Source: an uncultured Planctomycetaceae bacterium (GTDB lineage Bacteria > Planctomycetota > Planctomycetia > Planctomycetales > Planctomycetaceae). Taken from it: 64,000 nt of DNA. Shown here piece by piece: positions 35,399-46,737 of the stretch. The position numbers and the translations under genes were made by a program. Location: assembly GCA_963813715.1 (NCBI GenBank), contig CAWFAK010000008.1, forward strand, positions 64,001-128,000, given 5' to 3'. Under the pieces are notes generated by a model. The model was given only the letters and a program-made list of their open reading frames with translations. It was not told the DNA's origin and did not search any database. Within the stretch, counting starts at the first letter, position 1; every line of letters starts with the position of its first letter.

Positions 35399-36109
35399 AT
35401 GGACGTTGCGAGCGGAGCCGAGTCCGCGCCGGACACAAAACCGACAGCGGAGGTGCGCTTGGGTCGCGTGACCTTCAAGGGTGTCCGCGCGGCCCTCATC
35501 TTGATCGCCGTCGTCGTGGCGATCGGCGTCCTGGTCTACCGATCGTCCCCGCGAGCCAGCGTGCTCATTTCGGCCGGGCTCTGGTTCGCGATGGATGTCT
35601 ATTGGAGCATTGCCGAGACCAGGCGGCACCAAACCAAGTCGCAGGAATCGTCCGAGTCGCGCCGTCGTCACGGTCTGCTGACGATGACCGCCTTGTTGCT
35701 GCTGTTTGTCCCGATTCCAGGTTTGACCGGGCAATTCGTTCCCGACACGCTCACGACGGCCCTCGTCGGACTGGGCATCCAGATCGGCTTCAACCTCTTT
35801 TACTTTTACGCGCGGTTCTACCTGGGGAAATTGTGGAGCGGGGCGATCACGATCATGAGCGGTCACGAGCTGATCCAAACCGGACCCTATCGCTTCCTCC
35901 GCCACCCAATGTACACGGGAATGCTTGGCATGGCCGCGGGGACGGCCATCGTCTCGGGGCAATATCACGCCCTGCTGGGCGTCGCCCTCTTCGTGGTGGC
36001 TTACGCCCGCAAGATCCGGATGGAAGATCGCGTCCTCGCCGCGGAATTCGGCGAACTTTTTTCCATCTATCGTAAGCGGACAGCTGCGCTGATCCCCTGG
36101 ATCTTGTGA
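35399..36109 (+). CDS. Isoprenylcysteine carboxyl methyltransferase family membrane protein
   Basis: LGKLWS, HELIQTGPYRFLRHPMYTG, EDRVL. Confidence 0.88.
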   Translation: MDVASGAESAPDTKPTAEVRLGRVTFKGVRAALILIAVVVAIGVLVYRSSPRASVLISAGLWFAMDVYWSIAETRRHQTKSQESSESRRRHGLLTMTALLLLFVPIPGLTGQFVPDTLTTALVGLGIQIGFNLFYFYARFYLGKLWSGAITIMSGHELIQTGPYRFLRHPMYTGMLGMAAGTAIVSGQYHALLGVALFVVAYARKIRMEDRVLAAEFGELFSIYRKRTAALIPWIL

Positions 36110-36249
36110 TTCCGGTGTTGTGACAGCCGAGTCTGGTTGCCGCACCAGAATGGCAGGTCGCGGCAATTTTTTTGATTTCGTGCTTGACCTTCCGCCGTCG
36201 AATCGCCAAATATATCCATGTTGGTTATATCAACTCCGGATGTACTGGC

Positions 36250-36645
36250 ATGGATGGAGGCGACAAGGACGACCCGGGAATCACCGCCCTGCTGCCGTTG
36301 ACCCCCGCCGTCTTCCACATCCTGCTCGCCCTGGCCGACGGCGAGCGGCACGGCTACGGGGTCATGCTGGAAGTCGATCGGATCACGTCGGGCCAACTGC
36401 GGCTCGGGCCGGGGACGCTCTACCGGTCGATCCAACGGATGCTCGTCGACGGCTTGATCGTCGAGCGCAAGGAGGCCGTCGATCCGGACGTCGACGACGA
36501 ACGGCGGCGCTATTATCGCCTGACCAAAATCGGCCTCGAGGTGGCCCGTGCCGAAGCGCAGCGGCTGGACGCGCTGGTTAAGGCAGCCCGCCAGCGCGGT
36601 TTATTAAAGAAGACGGCCCCCACGTCGCGGGGAACCCGATCCTGA
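36250..36645 (+). CDS. PadR family transcriptional regulator
   Basis: FHILLAL..RHGYGV, GPGTLYRSI, RRRYYRLT. Confidence 0.92.
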   Translation: MDGGDKDDPGITALLPLTPAVFHILLALADGERHGYGVMLEVDRITSGQLRLGPGTLYRSIQRMLVDGLIVERKEAVDPDVDDERRRYYRLTKIGLEVARAEAQRLDALVKAARQRGLLKKTAPTSRGTRS

Positions 36646-36715
36646 GCACACATTCGATCGCACAGACAGTGACCAAACCAATAACGCCGACACCGACAAC
36701 GAGGAGGCATGGCAA

Positions 36716-37198
36716 ATGACCGGCACAGTGACGCAAAATGTCGACGATTTTCACACGATCACTCCCCACCTGATCGTGCGTGACGCGCCGCGGGCGATCG
36801 AGTTCTATACCCGCGCATTCGGCGCCGCGGAGCTCTACCGCAATCTGGCTCCGGATGGCAAATCGGTGATGCACGCGGAACTGATGCTTGGTAACTCACG
36901 GTTCCTGCTTCACGACGAATTCCCTGAGCAAAAGCTGCTCTCGCCGCTGGCCTATGAGGGGACCGGCGTCACATTGCACCTTTATGTCGACGATGTCGAC
37001 GCCATGTTCCGTGCGGCTGTCGACGCCGGCGCCGAGGTGCTCATGCCGGTGGAAGACTGCTTCTGGGGCGACCGCTACGGCATCCTCAAGGACCCGTTCG
37101 GGCACCGCTGGTCGGTCGCGACCCGTCTGAAAGACTTGTCGCCGGCCCAGCTCCAGCGCCGAGCCAGCGAATACTGCGAGGAACAGCGGAGCGAGTGA
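36716..37198 (+). CDS. VOC/glyoxalase (PhnB-like) protein
   Basis: AIEFYTRAFGA, MHAEL, FWGDRYG..DPFGHRW. Confidence 0.92.
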   Translation: MTGTVTQNVDDFHTITPHLIVRDAPRAIEFYTRAFGAAELYRNLAPDGKSVMHAELMLGNSRFLLHDEFPEQKLLSPLAYEGTGVTLHLYVDDVDAMFRAAVDAGAEVLMPVEDCFWGDRYGILKDPFGHRWSVATRLKDLSPAQLQRRASEYCEEQRSE

Positions 37199-37296
37199 GC
37201 CGGCGAGCCCGGAATCCGCAGCCCCTCGATCAAACACTTTGTCTTGCTTGTGACCGTTTTTGGCATTTTCAATCCAGTGACGGGTCGGAGAGCTCT

Positions 37297-37698
37297 ATGC
37301 TCCGCAGCATTCTTGGCGTGGTGACCGGATACCTCGTTTTCGCAGCCTCAGGGTTTGCCTTGTTCCACGTTACCGGGCAGCCGCCTCACGGCGAAGCGTC
37401 GCTCCGCTTCATGGTCGGGGCGACGGTATACGGCATGGCGTTCGCGCTCTTCGGCGGCTATCTGAGCGGTTGGATCGCCGGTCGCGGCCCGTTGGCGCAC
37501 AGCGTCGCGATGGCAGTCGTCCTGGCACTGGGGGCGGGCGCCTCACTCGCGGCGACGATGGGGCGAGGATTTATCTGGTCGCAAGTTGCCGCCCTGGTGC
37601 TGATGGCGCCGGCCGCGGTCGCCGGCGGTTGGCTGAGGCAATGCCTGTCGCCCCAGTCGCCGGCCGGAGTTGGCGCGGCTGGCGATCTGAGTCTTTAG
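37297..37698 (+). CDS. Four-TM hypothetical membrane protein
   Basis: MLRSILGVVTGY start with GGAG RBS, hydrophobic segments. Confidence 0.65.
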   Translation: MLRSILGVVTGYLVFAASGFALFHVTGQPPHGEASLRFMVGATVYGMAFALFGGYLSGWIAGRGPLAHSVAMAVVLALGAGASLAATMGRGFIWSQVAALVLMAPAAVAGGWLRQCLSPQSPAGVGAAGDLSL

Positions 37699-37818
37699 CA
37701 GTGACAAGCAGTTCCTCCAATGCGAGACCACCGAAATCAAATCAGGCCAAAGCGGACCCGTGAAAAATCGCGAACGACCGATTTTCCCTGCAAACATTCC
37801 CTCCCCAGGAGAGCTGAC

Positions 37819-38619
37819 ATGCGGATTCTACCCCTCGGATTGCTCGTGCTGTTGTTGTTCCCCTCGGCCACCTTCCACCGTCTTGCCGCGGACGAAAGAA
37901 TCGACCCCCAAGCCGTCGTCAAGAAAGCTATCCAGGCGATCGGAGGGGAAGCAACGGTCGCCAGGTCCCAGAGCGTGTTCATGAAGGGGACCTGCACGTT
38001 CTACGGCATGGGGCAGCCGATCGAGTGCACGGGAGAATGGTTCAAGCAACTGCCGGCGCGACTCAAGGCGTCGTACCACATGAATCTGAACGGCAAGGAC
38101 GTCACCCGCGTCGAAGCGGTGACGAAGGACCAGGGTTGGCTGGCCATTGCCGGTCGCGTCCGCGATCTGCCGAATGACCAGCTCGTGGAGATTCGCGAGG
38201 GAATGCAGGCCGGTCACCTGACGACGCTACTGCCACTGCGAGAGCCGGAGTGCCATTTGTCGTCCGTCGGCGAGGCGGAAGTCGCTGGTCGACCGGCGGT
38301 CGGGCTCAAGGTCTCGCGCGGCGGGCACCGGGATGTGCTGCTGTACTTCGACAAGCAGTACGGATATCTGGTCAAGAGGCAGGAGCGCGTCAAAGGCATG
38401 ACGGGCGGGGAAGTCGACGAAGAGACGCTTTACAGTGATTACCGCGACTTCGACGGCGTCCGCAGCTACAAGAAGATGACGACCAAGCGCGACGGCAAGC
38501 CCTTCTTGGAGTGCGAATTCTCCGAGTTCAAACCGGTGGCCAACATTCCAGACAGCACGTTCGCGAAACCCAAGGGTGTCGCCACCAACACTGGATCACC
38601 GGCCAAGGCCGGCAACTAA
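37819..38619 (+). CDS. Exported hypothetical protein (LolA/DUF2092-like fold possible)
   Basis: Signal peptide, KAIQAIGG, LYFDKQYGYLVK, YSDYRDFDGV. Confidence 0.65.
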   Translation: MRILPLGLLVLLLFPSATFHRLAADERIDPQAVVKKAIQAIGGEATVARSQSVFMKGTCTFYGMGQPIECTGEWFKQLPARLKASYHMNLNGKDVTRVEAVTKDQGWLAIAGRVRDLPNDQLVEIREGMQAGHLTTLLPLREPECHLSSVGEAEVAGRPAVGLKVSRGGHRDVLLYFDKQYGYLVKRQERVKGMTGGEVDEETLYSDYRDFDGVRSYKKMTTKRDGKPFLECEFSEFKPVANIPDSTFAKPKGVATNTGSPAKAGN

Positions 38620-38713
38620 GGAAATCGCGGGCCGTACATTCCGCCGGACGCACACTCGGAAGGACCGCGCCGGCGGCACGCTGGCGAAACCAAAATCGCT
38701 CCGCAACGAGAAG

Positions 38714-39796
38714 TCACCGGTTGAGCACGCCCTTGTCCGAAACGTACTGCTCGGCCGTCTCGCGGCTGATCTTGTGGGCGACGAACAGCTGTCGCACCGA
38801 CTCGTCCAGCGGCAGCATTCCTTCGGCCCGGCTGGTGAGGATGATGCGGTCGATGCTTTCGTCTTTACCCGTGCGGATGGCGCTGGCGATCGGCGAGTTG
38901 TTGAAGAGGATCTCGAGAGCCAGCTCGCGCTTCCCGCCCGTGGCACTGGGCAACAGGTGCTGGCAGATCACGGCACGCAGACTCATCGCCAGCTGCGCGC
39001 GAAGCTCGGCCTGCACGTTGGCCGGCACGAGATCGACGTAGCGGGTGAGGGCTCCCTTGGCGTCGCGGGTGTGCAGCGTGGCGAACACCAGGTGGCCCGT
39101 CTCCGCCGCGCTCAGCACCATCTGGGCCGTGTCGCGATCGCGGATCTCACCGACCAGAATCACGTCGGGATCTTGTCGCAGTCCGTATTTCAGTCCCTCG
39201 GCGAATGAGGCGACGTCGCGCCCGACCTCGCGCTGTGTCACGATCGACCGCTCGTCGTGGGGAAAGACGTATTCGATCGGCTCTTCGAGCGTGATGATCC
39301 GATAATCACCCTCTTGGGCGAGCCGCTTGATCAGCATCGCCAGCGTGGTGGTCTTTCCGGCGCCCGACACGCCGGAAATGAGCACCAAGCCGTTACGAAA
39401 GTGAGTCAGTCGCTGCGCGAGCGGCAGCGGAAAGCCGGCCCATTGAAATTCCGGAATCGTCGAGGGAATGATCCGGAAACAGGCTCCGCAGTTCTGGCTG
39501 CTGACGAAATAGTTGACTCGCAGCCGCCGCGGGCCGCTGCCGAAATCCAGCTCAAGCGCGAAGTCCGCGTTGTGTTCCCGCTCGAACCGCTGCCAGGCGT
39601 CGGGCGGACTCACTGCCTTCAGCGCGGCTCGGGCAATTTCTTCGGTGAGCGCGGGGCCGGCTAGCTGCTGCAATCGGCCGTGTACGCGGATTGTCGGCCG
39701 ATGTCCGACTACGACATGCAGATCGGAGGCTCCTTGTTCGATCGCCTGGGCCAGCGCCGGGCGGAGGAACGACGTTTCGAATACGTCGGCAGTCAT
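38714..39796 (-). CDS. pilT: PilT/PilU family retraction ATPase
   Basis: ASDLH, GVSGAGKTTT, TLEEPIE, LRQDPDVILVGEIRD, AETGHLVFATLH, AIRTGK. Confidence 0.85.
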   Translation of the reverse strand: MTADVFETSFLRPALAQAIEQGASDLHVVVGHRPTIRVHGRLQQLAGPALTEEIARAALKAVSPPDAWQRFEREHNADFALELDFGSGPRRLRVNYFVSSQNCGACFRIIPSTIPEFQWAGFPLPLAQRLTHFRNGLVLISGVSGAGKTTTLAMLIKRLAQEGDYRIITLEEPIEYVFPHDERSIVTQREVGRDVASFAEGLKYGLRQDPDVILVGEIRDRDTAQMVLSAAETGHLVFATLHTRDAKGALTRYVDLVPANVQAELRAQLAMSLRAVICQHLLPSATGGKRELALEILFNNSPIASAIRTGKDESIDRIILTSRAEGMLPLDESVRQLFVAHKISRETAEQYVSDKGVLNR

Positions 39797-40109
39797 TGGG
39801 ATGGCCGTTTGGGTGCGGGGATGGGCGGGTTGTGACCTCGCCGCGCATTGAGAACTCATCCTAGCCGGGGCCGAGGCGGGCGAACAACGGGCGCGCGAGC
39901 TCGCATGAAAGCACCTTAAGAATCGCCAAGATCGCCCCGGCGACTTCCCCGGCCGGAGGCCCGCGAGGAGGACCCAAAACCCCGAAAAACAGCCTGTCTT
40001 CAGGTTCGCCGAAATTCGGACCGTGGCTGGTACTAGTTGAACGAACGTTGCGGTAGGATGTTTCCCAGGATTCTTTCGGCCGGTGTTTCGCTACCTCGAG
40101 GGTTCTACC

Positions 40110-42863
40110 ATGCGACGGTTCTTTGCGGTTGTCTGCGTACTGGCGGTCGGGTTGACCGCACGGGCCGAGTCGCCCGTCAAAGTCATTTCCATCGAAGGCG
40201 TGACGGAATATCGGCTGGCCAACGGAGCCCGCGTGCTCCTCTTCCCGGAAGTTTCGCGCCCCACCGTGACCGTGAACATGACCGTGCTCGTGGGCAGCCG
40301 TAACGAAGGCTACGGCGAGACGGGCATGGCCCACTTGCTCGAGCACATGGTCTTCAAGGGCACCCCCAACCATCCGAGTGTCCCCAAGGCGCTCCGCGAT
40401 CATGGGGCGAACTTTAACGGCACGACCAACGACGACCGCACGAATTACTTCGAGACGATGCCCGCCAACGACAAGAACCTCGAATTCGGCATCGCGCTCG
40501 AGTGTGATCGGCTCGTCAACAGCTTCATCAAGCGCGACGACCTGATCTCGGAAATGCCCGTCGTCCGCAACGAGTTCGAGCGCGGCGAAAACAGCCCCGC
40601 CTCCGTCCTCGACCAGCGGATTCGGGCGGCGGCCTACGAATGGCACAACTACGGCAAATCGACCATCGGCAATCGCTCCGACATCGAGCGGGTGCCGATC
40701 GAAAATCTGCAGGCCTTCTACCGCAAGTACTACCAGCCCGATAACGTCGTGCTGATCGTCGCCGGCAAGTTCGAGGAGCCCAAGGCGCTGGCCCTCGTGG
40801 AAAAATACCTGGGCTCGATTCCCAAGCCCGATCGCGACCTGCCCAACGCGTACACCGAGGAGCCCGCGCAGGACGGCGAACACCTCGTCACACTTCGGCG
40901 CGTGGGAGTCGTCGGCGAGGTGGGAGTGGCGTATCACATCCCCGCGTCGTCGCACAAGGACTCGGCGCCGCTCAGCCTGCTCGGCGGCATAATCTCCCAG
41001 GCCCCCAACGGCCGACTCTACAAGGCGCTGGTCGAATCGAAGCTGGCCACCAACGTCTCCGGCCGCGCGGAATCGATGCACGACCCCGGCCTGTTCTTCG
41101 TGCAGGCCGCCTGCGAGGCAAAAAACATCGACACCGTGCGAGACACGATGATCAAGACGCTTGAGTCGCTGGGCGACCTCCCCTTCACCAAGGATGAGGT
41201 CAACAAGGCAAAAGTCCGCCACAAGCGGCAGGCCGAAATCCTGCAATCGAACGGCCAAGGCATGTCGCAGGCTTTGAGCTCGGCGGCGAGCCGCGGCGAC
41301 TGGCGGCTGTTGTTCATCGAGCGCGATTGGATCGCGTCGACCACGGCGGAAGACGTGAATCGCGTGACGAAGGCCTATTTCAAGCAGCCCAACCGCACCG
41401 CCGGCGTTTATATTCCCACTTCCGCACCGACGCGTCTGTCGGTCCCCGGCGTGCCGTCCATTGCCGCCGTTGTCAAGGACTACAAGGGGGGCGCGGTCAC
41501 CGAGGCAGGCGAAGCCTTCGACCCGACGCCAGCCAACCTCGACAAGCGGACCAAGATCATCGACGAAGGCAACTTCAAGGCGGGCCTGTTGGCCAAGAAG
41601 AATCGCGGCGCGACGGTCTCGCTCGTGCTGACTTTGCACTACGGAAATGAAGACTCGCTCAAAGGGCTGACGACGGCAGCCGGCATGCTCCCCATGCTGA
41701 TGATGGCCGGCACAAAAAAGCACGATCGCCAGGCTCTTCGCGAGGAACTCGACGCTTTGGGCGTGCGGATTCGACCGGGCGCCGGCGGAGGCTTCCGCGG
41801 AGGACGACGCGGCGGTCGCGGCGGCGGAGGGGGCGGCGCGGCAGGTCAGCTCACCTTCTCGGTCGACGCGAAACGCGACACGCTTCCCGCGGCCCTTAAG
41901 CTGCTGGCAGAAATCCTCCGCGAGCCCGCGTTTCCCGAGGAAGAATTCGAGATTCAAAAGGACCGCATGGTTCAGGGCGCCTCCTCTGTCCGCACGGAGC
42001 CGATGCCCTTGGCGATGAACCGGCTCAGCCGCTCGTTGTCTCCCTACCCGCGCGATGACGTGCGCTACTCTCCCACCATCGAGGAAAACCTCGCCCGCGT
42101 GAAGGGAGTGACCCTCGACCAGATCAAGCAGCTCTATGAGACGCAGATCGGCGGCTCGAAGGCCGAGCTGGGCGTCGTCGGCGAGTTCGATCCCGACACC
42201 ACGGTGAAACTCGTCAAAGACATCCTCAACGGGTGGGCGTCGAAGGTCCCGATCAAGCGGATCGACCACCGCGTGGCCGACGACGTCCGTGGAGCGATGA
42301 CCGATATCATCACCCCTGACAAGGAGAATGCCGAATACCTCGCCGGCGTGAGCTTCCCGATGACCGATAACGATCCCGACTATCCCGCGATGCGGATTGC
42401 CAACTTCATTTTCGGCGGCAGCACGCTCGCGTCTCGAATCGGCGACCGGATCCGGCAGAAGGACGGCCTCTCGTACGGGGCCAGCTCGTCGTTTACCGCT
42501 TCGTCGCGCGATCCGGTGGCCCAGCTGACGGTGACCGTCAGCACCAACCCGGTGAATATCGGCAAGGTGACCAGCGATGTGCAGGAAGAGCTCGACCTCT
42601 TCCTGAAGGACGGCCCGACCGACAAAGAGCTGGCGGATGCCAGACAGGCCTTCGTGGAGGGCCAGAAGGTCGGCCGCACGACCGACGATGCGATCGCCGC
42701 GCAAATCGTCTCGCACATGGACATCGGCCGCACTTTTGCTCACGAAGCGGCGCAGGAGAAGGCGATTCTCGAGCTGACGCCGCAAAAGGTCACCGAGGCC
42801 TTCCGCAAGCACGTCGATCCCAAGAAGCTCGTCATCATCCGCGCGGGGGACTTCAAGAAATAG
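40110..42863 (+). CDS. M16 family zinc peptidase (pitrilysin/PqqL-like), exported
   Basis: HLLEH inverted zincin motif, NGTT..DRTNY, IRQKDGLSYG. Confidence 0.93.
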   Translation: MRRFFAVVCVLAVGLTARAESPVKVISIEGVTEYRLANGARVLLFPEVSRPTVTVNMTVLVGSRNEGYGETGMAHLLEHMVFKGTPNHPSVPKALRDHGANFNGTTNDDRTNYFETMPANDKNLEFGIALECDRLVNSFIKRDDLISEMPVVRNEFERGENSPASVLDQRIRAAAYEWHNYGKSTIGNRSDIERVPIENLQAFYRKYYQPDNVVLIVAGKFEEPKALALVEKYLGSIPKPDRDLPNAYTEEPAQDGEHLVTLRRVGVVGEVGVAYHIPASSHKDSAPLSLLGGIISQAPNGRLYKALVESKLATNVSGRAESMHDPGLFFVQAACEAKNIDTVRDTMIKTLESLGDLPFTKDEVNKAKVRHKRQAEILQSNGQGMSQALSSAASRGDWRLLFIERDWIASTTAEDVNRVTKAYFKQPNRTAGVYIPTSAPTRLSVPGVPSIAAVVKDYKGGAVTEAGEAFDPTPANLDKRTKIIDEGNFKAGLLAKKNRGATVSLVLTLHYGNEDSLKGLTTAAGMLPMLMMAGTKKHDRQALREELDALGVRIRPGAGGGFRGGRRGGRGGGGGGAAGQLTFSVDAKRDTLPAALKLLAEILREPAFPEEEFEIQKDRMVQGASSVRTEPMPLAMNRLSRSLSPYPRDDVRYSPTIEENLARVKGVTLDQIKQLYETQIGGSKAELGVVGEFDPDTTVKLVKDILNGWASKVPIKRIDHRVADDVRGAMTDIITPDKENAEYLAGVSFPMTDNDPDYPAMRIANFIFGGSTLASRIGDRIRQKDGLSYGASSSFTASSRDPVAQLTVTVSTNPVNIGKVTSDVQEELDLFLKDGPTDKELADARQAFVEGQKVGRTTDDAIAAQIVSHMDIGRTFAHEAAQEKAILELTPQKVTEAFRKHVDPKKLVIIRAGDFKK

Positions 42864-42954
42864 CCATTTCGCCGGGAGATGATTCCCGCCGATTGCGGAT
42901 TGCGCGGCGGCCCGTCGATTCGGGTCGCCGCGTGTTTTTCCCGAGACCGTCCGC

Positions 42955-43290
42955 ATGACTGCCGATCAGTTTCGCCGTTTGGCGCTCGCACTTCCCGGCG
43001 TTTTGGAGAACGCCCACATGGGGCACCCGGACTTCCGCGTCGGCGGGAAGATCTTTGCGACGTTGGGAGCGCCCAAGGAGGGTTGCGCGATGGTAAAACT
43101 GACGCCCGCCCAACAGCAGCGCTTCCTCCGCGAACAGCCCGAGATTTTCGCGCCGTCCACAGGAGCCTGGGGGCGACAAGGGTGCACTAACGTGCGACTC
43201 AAGGCGGCCACGAAGGCGAAACTGCAATCGGCCCTGGTCGCGGCATGGCGCAATCGCGCGCCGGACGATCTGGTTGGGGAAGTGAGCTAG
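42955..43290 (+). CDS. MmcQ/YjbR family protein
   Basis: HMGHPDFRVGGKIFATL, GAWGRQG. Confidence 0.85.
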   Translation: MTADQFRRLALALPGVLENAHMGHPDFRVGGKIFATLGAPKEGCAMVKLTPAQQQRFLREQPEIFAPSTGAWGRQGCTNVRLKAATKAKLQSALVAAWRNRAPDDLVGEVS

Positions 43291-43337
43291 TACAGGGCTC
43301 TCGGTGACCTTCACGGCCGCTTAGAAGGAGAGAAGCC

Positions 43338-45636
43338 GTGACGAATAGATTTGCGCAAGCCCGCGCGACGCGAATTTTCGGCCTTGCGACTGCGGTCGGC
43401 ATCATGATCGCGTGCGGCCTCGTGGGCCTCGGCTCCCTGGCGGCCCGCGCAGGAAGCGCCGACCCCAAGGACTTCGCCCTCCGGGCCGGCCGCCGCGACG
43501 CGGAATCTGAATTTCCCGCAGAATGTCACTAAGTCCGAGATTGCCGGCGTCGTCGTCGACTCGGCGGGCAAACCTCTTTCGGGCTGCCTGGTCGATGCCT
43601 GGACGTGGTATCCGGGCGACGAGACACACACCGACGAAAACGGGGCATTCCGCCTGCGGCCGATCAACAACGATCCGCAGCACCTCGAAGTCCGAGTGAG
43701 CAAGCCGGGCTACTCGCCCTATTACAACCCGCAGCTCTTGCGCGGCCAAAAAGACTTGGTCATCACGCTGGGCAACAAAACATATGTCGAAGGAACCGTG
43801 CGCGACGGGCGGGGGACCCCGGTGCCCGCCGCGACGATCGTCGGCCAACAAGGTCCCAAGCAGGGCGACGGAGTCCTCGTCACCGAGGTCCGCACGTCGA
43901 CGACTTCCGACGCGCGGGGACACTATCGCCTCTATCTGTTTCCCGACAACTACGAAATCCTGGTGGCGGTGCCCGGGGCCGGCACGCGGCGGCTGACGGG
44001 CGTGACGCTCGCTCCCGACCAGTCCCGGCAGATCGAACTCGACCTCCAGCCGGGAGTGCGGTTCCAGGCCAAAGTGGTCGACGTCAACACCGCGCAGCCG
44101 GTGGAAAAATTCGTGCTCTATAGTTGGCGAGACAAAAGGATCCTGGGAGTGTCGGACGCGCAGGGCAAGCTCGTCATCGACGAGATGCTGCCCGGCAAGG
44201 TCGAGTTCAACGTGGGCTTCGGCAAGCCGAAGGGGCGATACTACGACCACGGCGAGCTGGGCCGCTGGTGGTCAGGTGAGGCCGTCAATGAATGGCAACG
44301 AAAGACGATCGAGCCCTCGGGCTGGCAGCGGAATTTCGACGATCTGACCTTCAACCTGTCACCGGACATGAAGCCAGTGTTGATCGAGGTTGAACAAGGT
44401 ACGGTCTTTTCCGGCCACGTCTACGATCCGGACGGCAACCCCGTGTTTGGGGCGACCGTGGCCCCCGCGCATTCCGGCACGGGCAACTCGCTCACCGGCG
44501 ACACCCGCTACAGCGTCCGAACGGCCTCCGACGGCAGTTATCGCGCGGTGATGCCTGCCAGCAATCGCGACAGTTACAACCTGATGGCGCACGACGGTGC
44601 GTACGGCCGCTGGCGGAAGTGGGCCAACGCCGTCTCCGAGCCCGTGAGATCGAGCCCTGGCCAGCGGTTCGAGAATTTCGATCTCAAGCTGACGCGCGGC
44701 GCGACGGTCCGGGGACGGGTCACCACCGACGGCCGTCGCCTGATCGGCAAGCGCGAGGTCCGCGCACAGGCCGCCGACCTGCTCGAGAACCGCTACTACG
44801 ACCCCACGGTGAAGGTCCGCGAAGACGGCTCGTTCGAGCTGAAGTTGATTCGCCCGGGAAAGAACTACATCCAGCTCAGCCCGTTCTGGTTGAGCGCTGC
44901 CAACGCCCCCAGGCCCAGCTCGGTCATGCTTGATCTCAAGGCGAGCGAGGTGCGCGAGGGGATCGAGCTGCACGTCCCCGATGGCGGGCCGGTCGACGCG
45001 GCTCTCGGCCTTCGCGACTTTCGCATCATGGTGTTCGACCACGCGGGCAAGCCGGCCGCCAACCGCCGCGTCGCCGTCTCGCGGGCCAACGGCGGCGGCC
45101 CCGCGAGTCGCTCGTTCTTCACGGCCCTTGTCGGCCCGCCCGGCGGGCTGTCGAAACGGATCAGTAAAGAGAACCCGGACGGCCGCGACTTTACGACCGG
45201 GGCGGACGGCACGGTCACCATTCCCGGCAAGACTCTGTTCGATCGCGGCGCCTCGGTCGTAACGGTCTTCGCACTCGACGCCGATCGAGAGGAGGGCGCC
45301 TTCGGCATCCTCTACGCCGACTTAGAGACGCCCGAACTCACGTTGCGGCTCTCGGCCTTTTGCGACACGACGGCGACGATCTCGAAGGACAAACTTCCGC
45401 CCCCCGATGCGCAAACCTACGCTTGCCTCACTAGCGGGGGAAAGGTCCTTGTACCTTTCTCTGTCGACGAACGGGTCGACTTGCAACTCCCGATGGGCGA
45501 CTACACGTTAACTGTGTCGAGCCGGCAGGGAAGCGCGCAAGCCGTCAAGTTCTCGGTCAAGGCGAACCAGGAACGGCTCGACCTGGGGTCGATCGCGCTG
45601 ACTCCCCATCGCGTCCCTCCTCCGTCGGTGAAATAA
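43338..45636 (+). CDS. Exported protein with carboxypeptidase-regulatory-like beta-sandwich repeats (frameshift near 43483)
   Basis: Signal in ORF 43338..43532; IAGVVVDSAGKP in the 43696 frame; repeated G.V.D..G.PV..A and T..DG.Y/F motifs. Confidence 0.7.
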
Positions 45637-45650
45637 TCTGTGGGCGAACC

Positions 45651-46514
45651 ATGAGCGCTCGTCTCGTGTTAACGATCTCCTTCGCAGTGCTGGCGGCCGA
45701 CGCGTGCCGAGCTGGCGGGCCTGCGGAAACGCCGGAGCACGCCGAGTACGTGCGGAAGATGATCCCCACGCGGATCGCCGGCTCTTACAAAGCAGGCAAG
45801 CTGATCGTGATCTCCGTGCGGGGACGAATGGCCTATCTAGTCGAGCCGACGAGCAAAGTCGATCCGCAGAAGCGCTGGGTCTGGACGTTTCCCTTCTGGC
45901 TCTCGATCAACGACGGGCACGGCCAACTGCAGCACCGGTTCTACGTCGAAAAACTGTTGGCCGCCGGGTACCATGTCGCCGGGATCGACGTCGGCACTTC
46001 GTGCGGCAGCCCGGCCGCGGCCGAAGTCTGCCAGGAGTTTTATCAGCGGCTCGTGCACGAGCATGGGCTCAATCGCCGCGCACGGCTGATCGGGCAAAGC
46101 AACGGCGGCCTGATCGCCTACGGTTGGGCCTTCCGACATCCCGAGTGCGTCGAGCGGATCGCCGGCATCTGCCCGGCCACCGACTTTCGGACCTGGCCCT
46201 CGCTCCCCAACGTCGTCGCGTTTCCGACGCGCGGGCTGGATTACGGTTTGACGCACGAACAGCTGGCCGCCCGCGTGACGGAATTCAATCCGATCGACAA
46301 CCTGCGCCCGCTCGCGGAAGCCGGCGTGAAGATTCTGCACATTCACGGCGACCAGGACGACCTGGTTCCGCTGCCGGCAAATTCCCTGGAGCTGGCCGCC
46401 CGCTACAAAAAGCTGGGTGGGTCGGCGCAGGTCGTCGTGCTCAAAGGGCTCGGACACGGAGGCACGCCACTTTACGAATCGGCGCCGTTTCTGGCGTTTC
46501 TGCTGGCGGATTGA
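45651..46514 (+). CDS. Alpha/beta hydrolase (S9-like), exported
   Basis: GQSNGG nucleophile elbow, HGDQDDLVP, GLGHG. Confidence 0.85.
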   Translation: MSARLVLTISFAVLAADACRAGGPAETPEHAEYVRKMIPTRIAGSYKAGKLIVISVRGRMAYLVEPTSKVDPQKRWVWTFPFWLSINDGHGQLQHRFYVEKLLAAGYHVAGIDVGTSCGSPAAAEVCQEFYQRLVHEHGLNRRARLIGQSNGGLIAYGWAFRHPECVERIAGICPATDFRTWPSLPNVVAFPTRGLDYGLTHEQLAARVTEFNPIDNLRPLAEAGVKILHIHGDQDDLVPLPANSLELAARYKKLGGSAQVVVLKGLGHGGTPLYESAPFLAFLLAD

Positions 46515-46737
46515 AGGCCGGCCGGTGCACGCCGGCTCGGCTCTTCGAAAGGTCGCGGCACACCATTCGCATCACGACGCATTGGCCGATTGAGCGGAGC
46601 GCAAGGGCTCAGATCGGCGAACACCCGCGGTCGCGTTGAAGTCGATCGGGCAGCCAAACGAGCGACGGCCGGACAACCAGGCCTCCCGGGCGGCGCCGAG
46701 GCGGCACCGCGATTCCGGTCATCTGAAAGTGAGACAC

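Noticed and set aside
39861..42956. 1031-aa minus-strand ORF
   Set aside because: Antisense shadow of the M16 peptidase, typical of high-GC coding DNA; no motifs
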